This document shows, piece after piece, positions 48,343 to 58,249 of a stretch of 64,000 nt of DNA (position 1 is the first letter of the stretch; every line of letters starts with the position of its first letter). The DNA is taken from NCBI GenBank assembly GCA_963675665.1, contig OY776510.1, forward strand, positions 1,216,001-1,280,000, in the 5' to 3' direction. The stretch is from Spirochaetia bacterium. Its GTDB lineage: Bacteria; Spirochaetota; Spirochaetia; UBA9216. The translations under genes and the position numbers were made by a program. The notes beneath the pieces are model-generated. The model was not told where the DNA came from. It saw only the letters and a list, made by a program, of their open reading frames with translations, and did no database searches.

Positions 48343-49881
48343 TTGACAGATATTAAGGATGCGCATTACAGGAGAAAGATAAAGGAACAGGCAGCTCTTT
48401 ATGAAATAAGCAGTATTCTGGACGGAAGTTCGGATCTGCAGCATGCAATTTCCCCGATTCTGGATGTTCTGGCATCAGAGTTGGATATGAAACGGAGTAC
48501 TGTAACCCTTCTGAACAGATTGACCGAAGAGGTTAAAATCGAGGCCGCACACGGACTGTCGCCACAGCAGAAGATTCTCGGGCGTTATAGCCCGGGAGAG
48601 GGCATAATTGGACGTGTTATCAGTACCGGAGCGCCTGAGGTTATTCCCGATATTACGGAAAATCCTGATTTTCTGGATAAAACGCAGGCCCGCGGAGATC
48701 TCAAGGGCAGAAAGGCCGCTTTTGTCTGTGTGCCCATACAGATTGAAGGCAAGGTAATAGGAACGCTGAGCATCGATCGTGAACATGACGGTGAGGACGA
48801 TTTTGCAGGTGAAGTACGTTTTCTGCAAATTGTCGGTTCAATGATTGCGCAGGCGGTTAAGGTGCGGCGGCGGGTACAGGAAGAAAAAGACCGCAACAGG
48901 GAATTGCAGAAAAAGCTTGAGCATACCTTCACCCCGGCCAATATAATAGGAAAATCCAATGCGATGCGAGAGGTTTTTGATCTTATTGAACAGGTTTCCG
49001 GAAGTAACGCAACGGTTCTTATCCGCGGCGAGAGCGGCACGGGCAAGGAGCTGGCGGCGCAGGCAATTCATTACAGCAGTCCCAGGGCTCATATGCCGTT
49101 TATAAAAGTAAACTGTGCAGCGCTTCCGGAATCTGTTATTGAAAGCGAGCTTTTCGGTCATGAAAAAGGCGCTTTCACCTCCGCCATAGCATCCAGGAAA
49201 GGGCGGTTTGAACTGGCCAATAACGGTACGATATTTCTTGATGAAATCGGCGACCTGACTCCCATGACCCAGGTAAAGCTGTTAAGGGTTTTACAGGAAC
49301 AGGAGTTTGAGCGCGTCGGCGGAACCGAAACAATAAAGGTGAATGTTCGTATTATAGCAGCGACAAACCGGCCCCTGGAAAAAATGATGAGTAAAGGTGA
49401 ATTTCGGGAGGATCTTTATTACCGTCTGAATGTATTTCCGGTAAATATGCCTCCTCTGCGTGACCGCAAATCGGATATTATCCTGCTTGCGGATGCTTTT
49501 GCCGAGAAGTATGCAAAACTCAATAATAAGGAAATAAAACGAATTTCTACGCCTGCCATTGAGCTTCTGATAAGTTACCACTGGCCTGGAAATGTACGTG
49601 AGCTTGAAAACTGTATTGAGCGCGCGGTGCTTCTGACTGCCGACGGCGTTATTCACGGGAACCTTCTTCCTCCCAGTCTTCAATCCGCCGAATCAACCGA
49701 CAGCGCTCCGGTTTCAGGGCTTCAGGCGGCTCTTGACAGGCTGGAAGTGGAAATGCTTGAGGATGCGTTGAAATCGAGCAGGGGCAATATGGCCGCAGCC
49801 GCACGCCGGCTTGGCCTGACCGAACGTAAAATGGGGTTAAGGGTAGTCAAATACGGTATTGATCCCAAAAAATATTCATAG
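48343..49881 (+). CDS. NifA-like sigma54 activator (GAF-AAA+-HTH)
   Basis: GAF with Y.PGEGIIGRV; GESGTGKE, ESELFGHEKGAFTSA and WPGNVRELENC. The start is TTG at 48343 or 48307. Confidence 0.9.
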   Translation: MTDIKDAHYRRKIKEQAALYEISSILDGSSDLQHAISPILDVLASELDMKRSTVTLLNRLTEEVKIEAAHGLSPQQKILGRYSPGEGIIGRVISTGAPEVIPDITENPDFLDKTQARGDLKGRKAAFVCVPIQIEGKVIGTLSIDREHDGEDDFAGEVRFLQIVGSMIAQAVKVRRRVQEEKDRNRELQKKLEHTFTPANIIGKSNAMREVFDLIEQVSGSNATVLIRGESGTGKELAAQAIHYSSPRAHMPFIKVNCAALPESVIESELFGHEKGAFTSAIASRKGRFELANNGTIFLDEIGDLTPMTQVKLLRVLQEQEFERVGGTETIKVNVRIIAATNRPLEKMMSKGEFREDLYYRLNVFPVNMPPLRDRKSDIILLADAFAEKYAKLNNKEIKRISTPAIELLISYHWPGNVRELENCIERAVLLTADGVIHGNLLPPSLQSAESTDSAPVSGLQAALDRLEVEMLEDALKSSRGNMAAAARRLGLTERKMGLRVVKYGIDPKKYS

Positions 49882-49884
49882 TAG

Positions 49885-49920
49885 ATTAGGCAATCCTACA
49901 AATTTGTAGGATTGCCTAAT
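49885..49920. promoter_or_regulatory. Perfect 36-bp palindrome upstream of the amtB sigma54 promoter (enhancer and/or terminator)
   Basis: attaggcaatcctacaaa|tttgtaggattgcctaat; a partial repeat (tgtaggatt) follows at about 49935. Confidence 0.7.
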
Positions 49921-50046
49921 GTTGAAAACATTTATGTAGGATTTAAATTTTAATACAAAAAGTTATAAGACTCAGATAAAATATTTATATTCTTTAATTC
50001 CTTCTTATATAAACATTTACAAAATATTTTGAAATTGTTCCTGTAG

Positions 50047-50063
50047 TTGGCACACCCCTTGCA
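50047..50063 (+). promoter_or_regulatory. Sigma54 promoter for amtB-glnK-glnA
   Basis: TTGGCACACCCCTTGCA is a consensus -24/-12 element. Confidence 0.9.
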
Positions 50064-50101
50064 GTATAGGAGATGGGTAGAAAAACTTACAGGAGAGAAA
50101 T

Positions 50102-51442
50102 ATGAAGATTAAAAGGATTATCATCCTTGCCTCAGCCGGTTTTCTTTTTACAGCAGCAGCGTTATTTGCTGAGGATAATACGGCTGAAACATTGGCTCTG
50201 TATTCAGATGCCTTCGACATGATTTGGCTGGTTCTTGCCGCCGCGCTTGTATTTTTTATGCAGGCCGGATTTGCGATGGTAGAAACCGGGCTGACCAGGG
50301 CAAAAAATGCGGGAAACATCATTATGAAAAACCTGATGGACTTTGCCGCGGGGGCTGTTGCTTTTTTTGCAATAGGCTGGGCCTTGATGTACGGTTCAAC
50401 CGCCGGCGGATTTATCGGGACTGATCAGTTTTTTATTACGGGAGCTGATTCAACAGTGCTTCGCGACTGGATTTTTCAGGTAGTTTTTGCTGCAACTGCT
50501 GCAACAATTGTATCCGGCGCCATGGCGGAAAGAACCAAGTTTACCAGTTATCTGCTTTACTCAGTGGTGATTTCAGCAGTCATTTACCCGATTTCGGGAC
50601 ACTGGATATGGAGCGGAGTAGGCTGGCTCGGAAATCTTGGTTTTCATGACTTTGCCGGATCAACTGTTGTTCACTCCGTCGGAGGATGGGCAGCGCTTGC
50701 TGGAGCAATTGTGCTTGGACCGCGTATGGGAAAATATGTTGAAGTTAACGGAAAAAAAGTCAGCAAGGCTATTCCGGGACATAATATGCCGCTTGCGGCA
50801 CTCGGCGTGTTTATTTTGTGGTTCGGCTGGTACGGGTTCAACTGCGGTTCTACACTGTCCGGTACTGATCTTGGAATTGCAGCTGTAGCAGTTACTACAA
50901 CTCTTGCAGCTTCAACAGGCGCAATAGGTGCAATGATTACATCATGGATTCAGTTCGGTAAACCGGATCCGTCCATGTCGCTTAACGGCGCTCTTGCAGG
51001 TCTTGTTGGTATTACTGCGGGTTGCGGAGTAGTTTCACCGGTCGGAGCTTTGATTATCGGTATTATTGCAGGTATCCTTGTTGTTCTTTCAGTTGAGTTC
51101 TTTGACAAGGTCCTTAAAATTGATGACCCTGTCGGGGCAGTTTCAGTACACGGTGTATGCGGTGTATGGGGCACTCTGGCTGTAGGCCTGTTTGCTGTTC
51201 CTGGTAACGGTATGGCCGGAACCGGTCTGTTTTACGGCGGCGGAGCCGCGCAGCTTGGCGTTCAGGCCCTTGGAGCGTTGTCGGTATTCGCATGGGTATT
51301 CGTAACAGCCTTTGTTCTTTTTAATGTAATCAAGAAAGTCGTCGGCCTCAGGGTTTCAGCGAAAGATGAACAGGAAGGTCTTGATACAAGTGAACATGGT
51401 ATGGAATCCTACAGTGGTTTCCAGATATTCAGTAATATGTAA
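50102..51442 (+). CDS. amtB: Ammonium transporter
   Basis: [33 protein letters not shown] and [12 protein letters not shown]. Confidence 0.96.
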   Translation: MKIKRIIILASAGFLFTAAALFAEDNTAETLALYSDAFDMIWLVLAAALVFFMQAGFAMVETGLTRAKNAGNIIMKNLMDFAAGAVAFFAIGWALMYGSTAGGFIGTDQFFITGADSTVLRDWIFQVVFAATAATIVSGAMAERTKFTSYLLYSVVISAVIYPISGHWIWSGVGWLGNLGFHDFAGSTVVHSVGGWAALAGAIVLGPRMGKYVEVNGKKVSKAIPGHNMPLAALGVFILWFGWYGFNCGSTLSGTDLGIAAVAVTTTLAASTGAIGAMITSWIQFGKPDPSMSLNGALAGLVGITAGCGVVSPVGALIIGIIAGILVVLSVEFFDKVLKIDDPVGAVSVHGVCGVWGTLAVGLFAVPGNGMAGTGLFYGGGAAQLGVQALGALSVFAWVFVTAFVLFNVIKKVVGLRVSAKDEQEGLDTSEHGMESYSGFQIFSNM

Positions 51443-51542
51443 GAAAATTGTACTTCCATGTACAATTTTCTTCAGGAGAAATGTGCAGGACACATTTCTC
51501 CAAGCATTGAATGTTGACGTCATCCATGACGGAGGAGTTTTT

Positions 51543-51884
51543 ATGAAATTAATAACGGCTTTTATTCAGCCGCATATGCTAAATAAAGTAAAACAGGAAT
51601 TGTATAAAAATGAAATATACAAAATGTCCGTAACCAATGCGTTGGGATGCGGACAGCAGAAAGGCTACACGGAATCATACAGAGGTATTGATGTTGAAGT
51701 TAACCTGCTTAAAAAATTAAGGCTTGACATTGCGGTCAATGAAGATTTTGTCAAACCTACAATCGATGCGATCATTGAAGGGGCAAGAACCGGAGAGATT
51801 GGAGACGGCAAGATCTTCGTAACCCCTATTGAAGAGTGTATCCGAATAAGAAACGGAGAATCCGGAAAGATAGCAATCGGCTGA
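51543..51884 (+). CDS. glnK: P-II nitrogen regulatory protein
   Basis: G.GQQKG, YRG and [10 protein letters not shown]; GGAGG SD before the ATG at 51543; follows amtB. Confidence 0.93.
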   Translation: MKLITAFIQPHMLNKVKQELYKNEIYKMSVTNALGCGQQKGYTESYRGIDVEVNLLKKLRLDIAVNEDFVKPTIDAIIEGARTGEIGDGKIFVTPIEECIRIRNGESGKIAIG

Positions 51885-52017
51885 TTTCAGGAAAGGCCGG
51901 CGGCTGTTGCCGCCGCTTTTCCGGAATGACCATCAATGATGTTCATTCCGGAAGGGATAAAATCCTTTTGAACAGATATCAATATTTATGGAGAATAAAT
52001 TTTAAGGAGTTTTTTAA

Positions 52018-54138
52018 ATGAACGGTATTGATTTTACAACAACGCCACTACACGAGATTTACGGGGCGAATTGTTTCTCTGATTCAGAGATGAAAGCAAG
52101 ATTACCCAAGAGTATTTACAGGGAAGTCAAGGCTGTACAGGAAGGCAGCAAACCTTTGACGCTTGCTGTTGCAGAGGTGGTAGCCTCCGCAATGAAAGAC
52201 TGGGCGATTGATAAAGGTGCTACTCATTACACTCACTGGTTTCAGCCTTTAACAGGATCAACAGCTGAAAAACATGATTCTTTTATTTCACCGTTAGCCG
52301 ACGGAACGGTTATGATGGAATTTTCAGGAAAAGAATTGATCAAGGGCGAGCCGGATGCTTCAAGTTTTCCCAGCGGAGGATTAAGGGCGACATTTGAAGC
52401 ACGCGGATACACTGCCTGGGACACAACATCTCCCGCATTTGTAAGGGAAGACGACTCAGGAGTAACACTTTGTATTCCGACGGCATTTGTTTCATACAAC
52501 GGAGAAGCGCTTGACAAGAAGGTCCCGTTACTGCGTTCCATGGATGCACTGAATGCGGAAGCTCTCAGGCTTTTAAACGCACTTGGCGTAGATGCAGGCA
52601 AGGTCACCCCGACGATAGGTCCCGAGCAGGAATATTTTCTTGTTAAAGAAGAATTGTATAGCAAGCGATCAGACCTTATGCTTACGGGCCGGACAGTTTT
52701 TGGAACAATGTCTGCCAAAGGTCAGGAAATGGATGACCATTATTTTGGAAACATAAAAGAGGCCGCTGCTTCTTTTATGAGTGAGCTTAACTACGAATTG
52801 TGGAAACTGGGCATTTCTGCCAAAACGCAGCACAATGAGGTGGCTCCAAACCAGTTTGAATTGGCGCCGATTTTTGATTCAGCCAATGTTGCAACAGACA
52901 GAAACCAGCTGGTTATGGCCAGTATGGAAAAGATTGCCAAAAGACACGGAATGGTAGCGCTTCTTCATGAAAAACCTTTCGCAGGCGTTAACGGTTCAGG
53001 CAAGCATAATAACTGGTCGATGTCTACAGATACCGGATTGAATCTGCTTGATCCGGGCGACAGCCCCCAGGACAATGCTCAATTCCTGCTCTTCCTTGTA
53101 GCTGTTATAAAGGCTGTTGATGTTTATGCTTCTCTTTTAAGAGCTACCGCATCAAACTCGGGAAATGATCATCGTCTCGGCGCAAATGAAGCCCCCCCTG
53201 CAATAATTTCAATCTTTCTCGGAGAACAGCTTGAAAGTATTCTGGAAAGCCTTTCCAATGGAAAAACAGTTCAGACTGCCAGCGGTGAGACTCTGGTTAT
53301 TGGAAAAACAACCCTTCCCGAGCTGCCCCGGGACCTGACCGACAGAAACCGGACATCGCCGTTTGCTTTTACCGGTAATAAATTCGAGTTCAGAATGGTT
53401 CCGTCTTCAGCTTCGATTGCAGGACCCAATACCGCATTGAATACAGCTGTAGCTGAGGTTCTGTCCGAATTTGCAGGCAGAGTGGAGGCGGCATCGGACA
53501 AGAATGCAGAGATAGCTGCGATCGTAAAAGAAACATACAAGGCCCATAAACGGGTTATTTTTAATGGCAACGGATACTCGGATGAATGGGTTGAAGAGGC
53601 GGAAAAGAGGGGACTTCCGAATATTAAATCAACAATTGAAGCAATTCCGGTTTACAAGGAAAGCAGTTCTGTAGAGCTCTTTGCCAAACACGGAGTTTTC
53701 TCGAAAGAGGAACTTGAATCAAGGGTTGAAATTTACCTGGAAGCATACAGTATGCAGATCAATGTTGAAGCGAAGATCATGGTTGAAATGGCCGAGAAAC
53801 AGATTTATGCTGCAGCATCAAGGTACGGTAAAGCGCTTAGTGACACAATACTGAAGGCTAAAGAAGCTGTTTCTTCTTTTAATACCGGTGCATACGAAAA
53901 GACATTGATGAAACTTTCTGTAAACATCAACGGGCTCATGGAAAAGGTTGAAGAGCTTAAGGTTCTGATAGCCAAAGCCGGAGACGAAGATGATGTAGAA
54001 AAGTGCGCGTCAATTTTCAGGAACGAGGTGTTCGTCAAAATGGGAGAATTGAGAGAGTACGGAGATGCTCTTGAAGAGATTGTCCCGAAAGATGAATGGC
54101 CGTTTCCGACTTATGAAGACCTCCTTTTCAGGCTCTAG
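52018..54138 (+). CDS. glnA: Glutamine synthetase type III
   Basis: THWFQPLTG.TAEKHD, GEPDASSFP, HNEVAP, HEKPFAGVNGSGKH and RNRTSPFAFTGNKFEFR; 706 aa. Confidence 0.96.
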   Translation: MNGIDFTTTPLHEIYGANCFSDSEMKARLPKSIYREVKAVQEGSKPLTLAVAEVVASAMKDWAIDKGATHYTHWFQPLTGSTAEKHDSFISPLADGTVMMEFSGKELIKGEPDASSFPSGGLRATFEARGYTAWDTTSPAFVREDDSGVTLCIPTAFVSYNGEALDKKVPLLRSMDALNAEALRLLNALGVDAGKVTPTIGPEQEYFLVKEELYSKRSDLMLTGRTVFGTMSAKGQEMDDHYFGNIKEAAASFMSELNYELWKLGISAKTQHNEVAPNQFELAPIFDSANVATDRNQLVMASMEKIAKRHGMVALLHEKPFAGVNGSGKHNNWSMSTDTGLNLLDPGDSPQDNAQFLLFLVAVIKAVDVYASLLRATASNSGNDHRLGANEAPPAIISIFLGEQLESILESLSNGKTVQTASGETLVIGKTTLPELPRDLTDRNRTSPFAFTGNKFEFRMVPSSASIAGPNTALNTAVAEVLSEFAGRVEAASDKNAEIAAIVKETYKAHKRVIFNGNGYSDEWVEEAEKRGLPNIKSTIEAIPVYKESSSVELFAKHGVFSKEELESRVEIYLEAYSMQINVEAKIMVEMAEKQIYAAASRYGKALSDTILKAKEAVSSFNTGAYEKTLMKLSVNINGLMEKVEELKVLIAKAGDEDDVEKCASIFRNEVFVKMGELREYGDALEEIVPKDEWPFPTYEDLLFRL

Positions 54139-54177
54139 GCAACTCCCCTGAGCTGTTGATATCTCCATATTTGTCTT

Positions 54178-54222
54178 GCCGTACTGATCGGAAGCGAGCT
54201 TTCGAATCAGTACGGCTCTTTA
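54178..54222 (+). terminator. Intrinsic terminator after glnA
   Basis: gccgtactgat...atcagtacggc stem followed by tcttt. Confidence 0.75.
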
Positions 54223-54465
54223 TTAATGATTTAGCCGGACTATTGGGGGCTATAAGAGCATGCTTAAATAATCAGTTAAAAAGTGTTTAGCAATGAAAAA
54301 AGTTAACTTTACAGAGCTATGATTGTGGATTTACCATTGATAATAATATGTTTTGTTTATATCAGAATGGGATCTAAAGTAACCGGGATGATTCTGTTGC
54401 GTTTTAGCGGGCAATTGTATCCTCCCCGGTGATAATGCAAATCTATAGGATAAAATCTGCATCCG

Positions 54466-55254
54466 TTATTGATCTGCAAAAATTATCCTGTATCCGGCTG
54501 TTTTTATGCCACTGATTTCCTTATTGTTGTCATTTGTATCGCATATTATTTCGTTTATTTCGTCCAGGCTGCATATTACTTTTAAACCGATTTTACCAAT
54601 TTTAGAGTGATCCGCAAGTGCTATTCGTCTCTGCGCAGAATTAAGCATCGCTTTTTTAACTGATGATTCCTCATGACCGGATATTGTCAGGCCTGCATCC
54701 AGGGAAACGCCGTTTACGGAAATAAAACAGATATCGGCGCGCATGGAGGTGAAAATCGGCAAAGCAAAATCGTCATGGAAGCTTTCGGAATTTTGATCAA
54801 AACAGCCGCCGGCCATATAAAGTTTTATTCTGTTGGATTTTGACAATAATGAAGCGGCACTGAGTGAATTAGTAATAACAGTCAGTTCGATGTCCGAATC
54901 CATGATTTTATAAGCCAGTTCATTACAGGTCGAGCCGGCATCAAGTATGATTGTTTGTCCGTCATTCAGGATGTTGGAAACTACATAATCGGCAATTCTG
55001 ATTTTTTCAGCTCTGAAAGCTATTGAACGCATGTTCATGTCCGAATTTATTGCTGTTTTGCCGGTAGCTATTGCACCTCCGTGACTTCTTTTTAAAAGCC
55101 CGTTTTCTTCAAGGTGTCGCAGGTCATTGCGAATAGTCGCAGTACTGCAGCCAAGTTCCCTGCAAAATTCAGAAACAGTGACCAGGTCGTTTGCTATCAA
55201 CATTCCTCTTATTCTTTCATGACGAAGTTCTGTTTTACTTTTGGATTTATACAT
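54466..55254 (-). CDS. DeoR/GlpR family regulator
   Basis: S.ATIRNDL, R.HGGA, LDAGST, ITNS and ADHSK. Confidence 0.93.
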   Translation of the reverse strand: MYKSKSKTELRHERIRGMLIANDLVTVSEFCRELGCSTATIRNDLRHLEENGLLKRSHGGAIATGKTAINSDMNMRSIAFRAEKIRIADYVVSNILNDGQTIILDAGSTCNELAYKIMDSDIELTVITNSLSAASLLSKSNRIKLYMAGGCFDQNSESFHDDFALPIFTSMRADICFISVNGVSLDAGLTISGHEESSVKKAMLNSAQRRIALADHSKIGKIGLKVICSLDEINEIICDTNDNNKEISGIKTAGYRIIFADQ

Positions 55255-55446
55255 CTAACCCCCATGCGATCAGTTTTTCTATCGTTACAGATAATTATAC
55301 CGAGCATTTTTATCGAAATCAATAAAAATATTAAAAAATTCATTGACCGCTATAAAAATACGTGTAATAATTAGCGAAACCGCTAAAATAACGAGCATTA
55401 ACGATAAAAATTATATTGTTTTGAGGCTGAGGAGTGATTATAAACT

Positions 55447-56514
55447 GTGAACACAATAGATGGAAACAAAAAAATCAGGATAGGGGTTTTGGGCTGCGGT
55501 CCGATTTCGCAGGCTGCGCATTTCGAAGCATGTATAAAAGCCGGAAATGCAGAGTTGTATGCTGTATGTGATGTGGCGGAAGACCTTCTGGTAAAGATGG
55601 CTTCAAAACATGACGTAGCTAAAGCCTACAATAACTATGATGATATGCTTGCAGATCAGAATGTTGATGCAGTAATCATCGGGATAGCTGATCAATTCCA
55701 TATCGAATGCGCTGAAAAGGCGTTGGATGCCGGAAAGCATGTGCTTATTGAGAAACCTCTGGGAGTTGATTCAGGGGAATGTCTAAAATTCAGGAAAATC
55801 GCAGCAGAGAAGGATCTTGTTGTTCAGATCGGAAATATGAAGAGGTTTGATCCGGGAATAGCTTTTGCGAGAGATTTTATTAAAAATGAGATTGGCGAAC
55901 TTTTAGCCATTAAAGCGTGGTATTGCGACAGTATATACCGTTACCAGGTGACTGATAATGTTCAGCCTGTTATCTACAGGAGTGATAAGGCACGAAAGCC
56001 CGCCGGCGACGTCAAAAAAAATAAAGAGCGTTATTATATGTTTACGCATGGGAGTCATCTTGTCGACACGGCAAGGTATCTTTGCGGTCCTATCAGGAGC
56101 GTCCAGGCCCGGATGCTGAATCGGTTCAATGCATACAGTTGGCTTGTTTCGGTCGAATTTGAAAACGGCTGTATTGGAAATCTTGATTTAACTGTAGCTG
56201 TCAGGATGGACTGGCATGAAGGGTTTAATGTTTACGGAGAATACGGCAGCGTACTGGCAAAAACGTACAATCCCTGGCTTTTCAAATCAAGTGATGTCGA
56301 GGTTTTTTCCGTTAAAGACGGACTGTATAGAAGACCTCTCGGTGAAGATGCTCATTTTTATAAACTTCAGGTAGAAGCGTTTGCTGATTCAATACTTAAT
56401 AATACGCCGATAAAGGGGGCTTCGGTTGAGGACGGTGAGGCTGCTGTCAGGGCCCTGGTCGCAATTACCAGATCCGTACAAACAGGCGATAAGGTTTTAT
56501 TGACTGATATATAG
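55447..56514 (+). CDS. Gfo/Idh/MocA family sugar dehydrogenase
   Basis: GVLGCG, HVLIEKPL, KRFDP and HGSH. Confidence 0.9.
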   Translation: MNTIDGNKKIRIGVLGCGPISQAAHFEACIKAGNAELYAVCDVAEDLLVKMASKHDVAKAYNNYDDMLADQNVDAVIIGIADQFHIECAEKALDAGKHVLIEKPLGVDSGECLKFRKIAAEKDLVVQIGNMKRFDPGIAFARDFIKNEIGELLAIKAWYCDSIYRYQVTDNVQPVIYRSDKARKPAGDVKKNKERYYMFTHGSHLVDTARYLCGPIRSVQARMLNRFNAYSWLVSVEFENGCIGNLDLTVAVRMDWHEGFNVYGEYGSVLAKTYNPWLFKSSDVEVFSVKDGLYRRPLGEDAHFYKLQVEAFADSILNNTPIKGASVEDGEAAVRALVAITRSVQTGDKVLLTDI

Positions 56515-56574
56515 AGTGATATGGTGCCGTCCATAATATTTTGGATGAAATGAAATAACAGGATTGAAGAAGTA

Positions 56575-57435
56575 ATGGATATAGGTATTTTTACGAAAAC
56601 TTTTAAAAAGGATTCTCTTGAAGATGTTCTCGATGCGGTCAGGCAAAGAGGTCTTCTGAATGTTCAGTTCAATATGTCGTCTGCAGGTCTTGAATCAATG
56701 CCCGATGTAATTGAAAAGGGATTGATATCAAGGATTAAAAAAGAAACAGAGGAACGCGGGTTGTCTATAAATGCCGTCTCCGGAACTTTTAATATGGTTC
56801 ATCCGGACGAGAAGGTACGCGCTGAAGGGTTAAGGAGACTTAAAGTCCTTGCCTCGGCTTGTTCCGGTATCGGAACATCGGTAATAAGTCTTTGTACGGG
56901 AACAAAGGATGAAACCAGCATGTGGAAGTTTCATCCGGACAACTGTACAAAAGAGGCGTGGACGGATTTGTGCAGGACGATGTCGGCCGCCCTGGAAATT
57001 GCCCAGGAATTCGGTATTACCATGGCAATCGAACCGGAGATTTCAAATGTAGTCGACAGTGCGGTAAAAGCTAAACTGCTGCTTGGTGAAATGAAAACGG
57101 AAAATCTTAAAGTGATTATGGATGCTGCTAATTTATTCCGTCCGCAGGATTATTTAAAAATGGAATACATGCTTGAACAGGCTTTCGGTTTGCTCGGTGA
57201 AAATATTGTTCTTGCTCATGCAAAGGATTTCATAGCGGAACCTGAATTCGGGTTTACTGCAGCAGGTCTCGGGGTTCTTGATTACCGGATCTACCTGAAA
57301 CTGCTTGCCAAACACGGTTATACGGGCGCTGTAATTCTGCATGGTTTGTCGGAACCGCAGGTGGACGACAGTGTTAAATTTCTTAACGAAAGATTTACGG
57401 AGCTGCAAAAGGATAAACGATATGCCGACTTTTAA
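56575..57435 (+). CDS. Sugar phosphate isomerase/epimerase (xylose isomerase-like TIM barrel)
   Basis: AIEPE, MDAAN and HAKD motifs. Confidence 0.88.
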   Translation: MDIGIFTKTFKKDSLEDVLDAVRQRGLLNVQFNMSSAGLESMPDVIEKGLISRIKKETEERGLSINAVSGTFNMVHPDEKVRAEGLRRLKVLASACSGIGTSVISLCTGTKDETSMWKFHPDNCTKEAWTDLCRTMSAALEIAQEFGITMAIEPEISNVVDSAVKAKLLLGEMKTENLKVIMDAANLFRPQDYLKMEYMLEQAFGLLGENIVLAHAKDFIAEPEFGFTAAGLGVLDYRIYLKLLAKHGYTGAVILHGLSEPQVDDSVKFLNERFTELQKDKRYADF

Positions 57436-58249
57436 AAACTGCGGTGCAGATTTCAATTATGTGGATATCGGAGACGGCGTACCCTTCATCTTCCAGCATG
57501 GCCTTGGCGGAGATTTGACGCAGCCTTATTCGTTAATTGCCCCGGTCGAAGGATTCAGGTTTTTGAGTTTTGATTTCAGGGGACACGGCGACACATCGGC
57601 CGGCTTCGCAGAATCCGACGACTTCAATGTTTTCGCTGATGATCTTTTGCGGTTTATGGATGTAATGAAGCTTGAGAAGGCTGTTGTCGGCGGGATTTCC
57701 ATGGGCGGCGGAGTAGCTATTAATTTTACAATGCGATACCGGGAACGCGTTAAGGGCTTCGTCATCTTCAGGCCGGCATGGCTTGACGCTCCCATGAGTC
57801 CTGACATCCGGGAAATGTTCGACAGCGTTGCGTCCCTTATTGAAGGTTATGAAAAGAACGAAGGTTGCGAAATATTAAAAAAGCAGGACTGGTTTCACAG
57901 GCTTGAAAAAAAATATCCTGCCGCCGCCCATTCTTTTCTAAGCATGTTTGAATATAAGAAAGCAAAGGAGACAGTTTCAAAATATCGAAAATTACCCTCG
58001 GATAAACCATGTTCGGATCGTGGCGGATGGCGCAACATCGATGTTCCGGTATTGATAGTGGCTAACGATAATGATCCTGTTCATCCCCTGGAGTACGGAA
58101 AGGTGTACGGAAAATACATTACAGGCTCGCAATATTACGAAGTAACGTCAAAATCGGAAGATGAAGACAGGCATAAGAAAGAGTCACGAGCCGTTTTGAC
58201 CAAATATCTGGCTGATAGTTTTTTACATACAACACAGGGGAAGAACTGA
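57422..58249 (+). CDS. Alpha/beta hydrolase
   Basis: FQHGLGG, DFRGHG, GISMGG nucleophile elbow and DPVHP. Confidence 0.88.
   Translation: MPTFKNCGADFNYVDIGDGVPFIFQHGLGGDLTQPYSLIAPVEGFRFLSFDFRGHGDTSAGFAESDDFNVFADDLLRFMDVMKLEKAVVGGISMGGGVAINFTMRYRERVKGFVIFRPAWLDAPMSPDIREMFDSVASLIEGYEKNEGCEILKKQDWFHRLEKKYPAAAHSFLSMFEYKKAKETVSKYRKLPSDKPCSDRGGWRNIDVPVLIVANDNDPVHPLEYGKVYGKYITGSQYYEVTSKSEDEDRHKKESRAVLTKYLADSFLHTTQGKN

Noticed and set aside
48343-49881. Calling this gene nifA and inferring nitrogen fixation
   Set aside because: There are no nif structural genes in the window; the adjacent sigma54 target is amtB-glnK-glnA.
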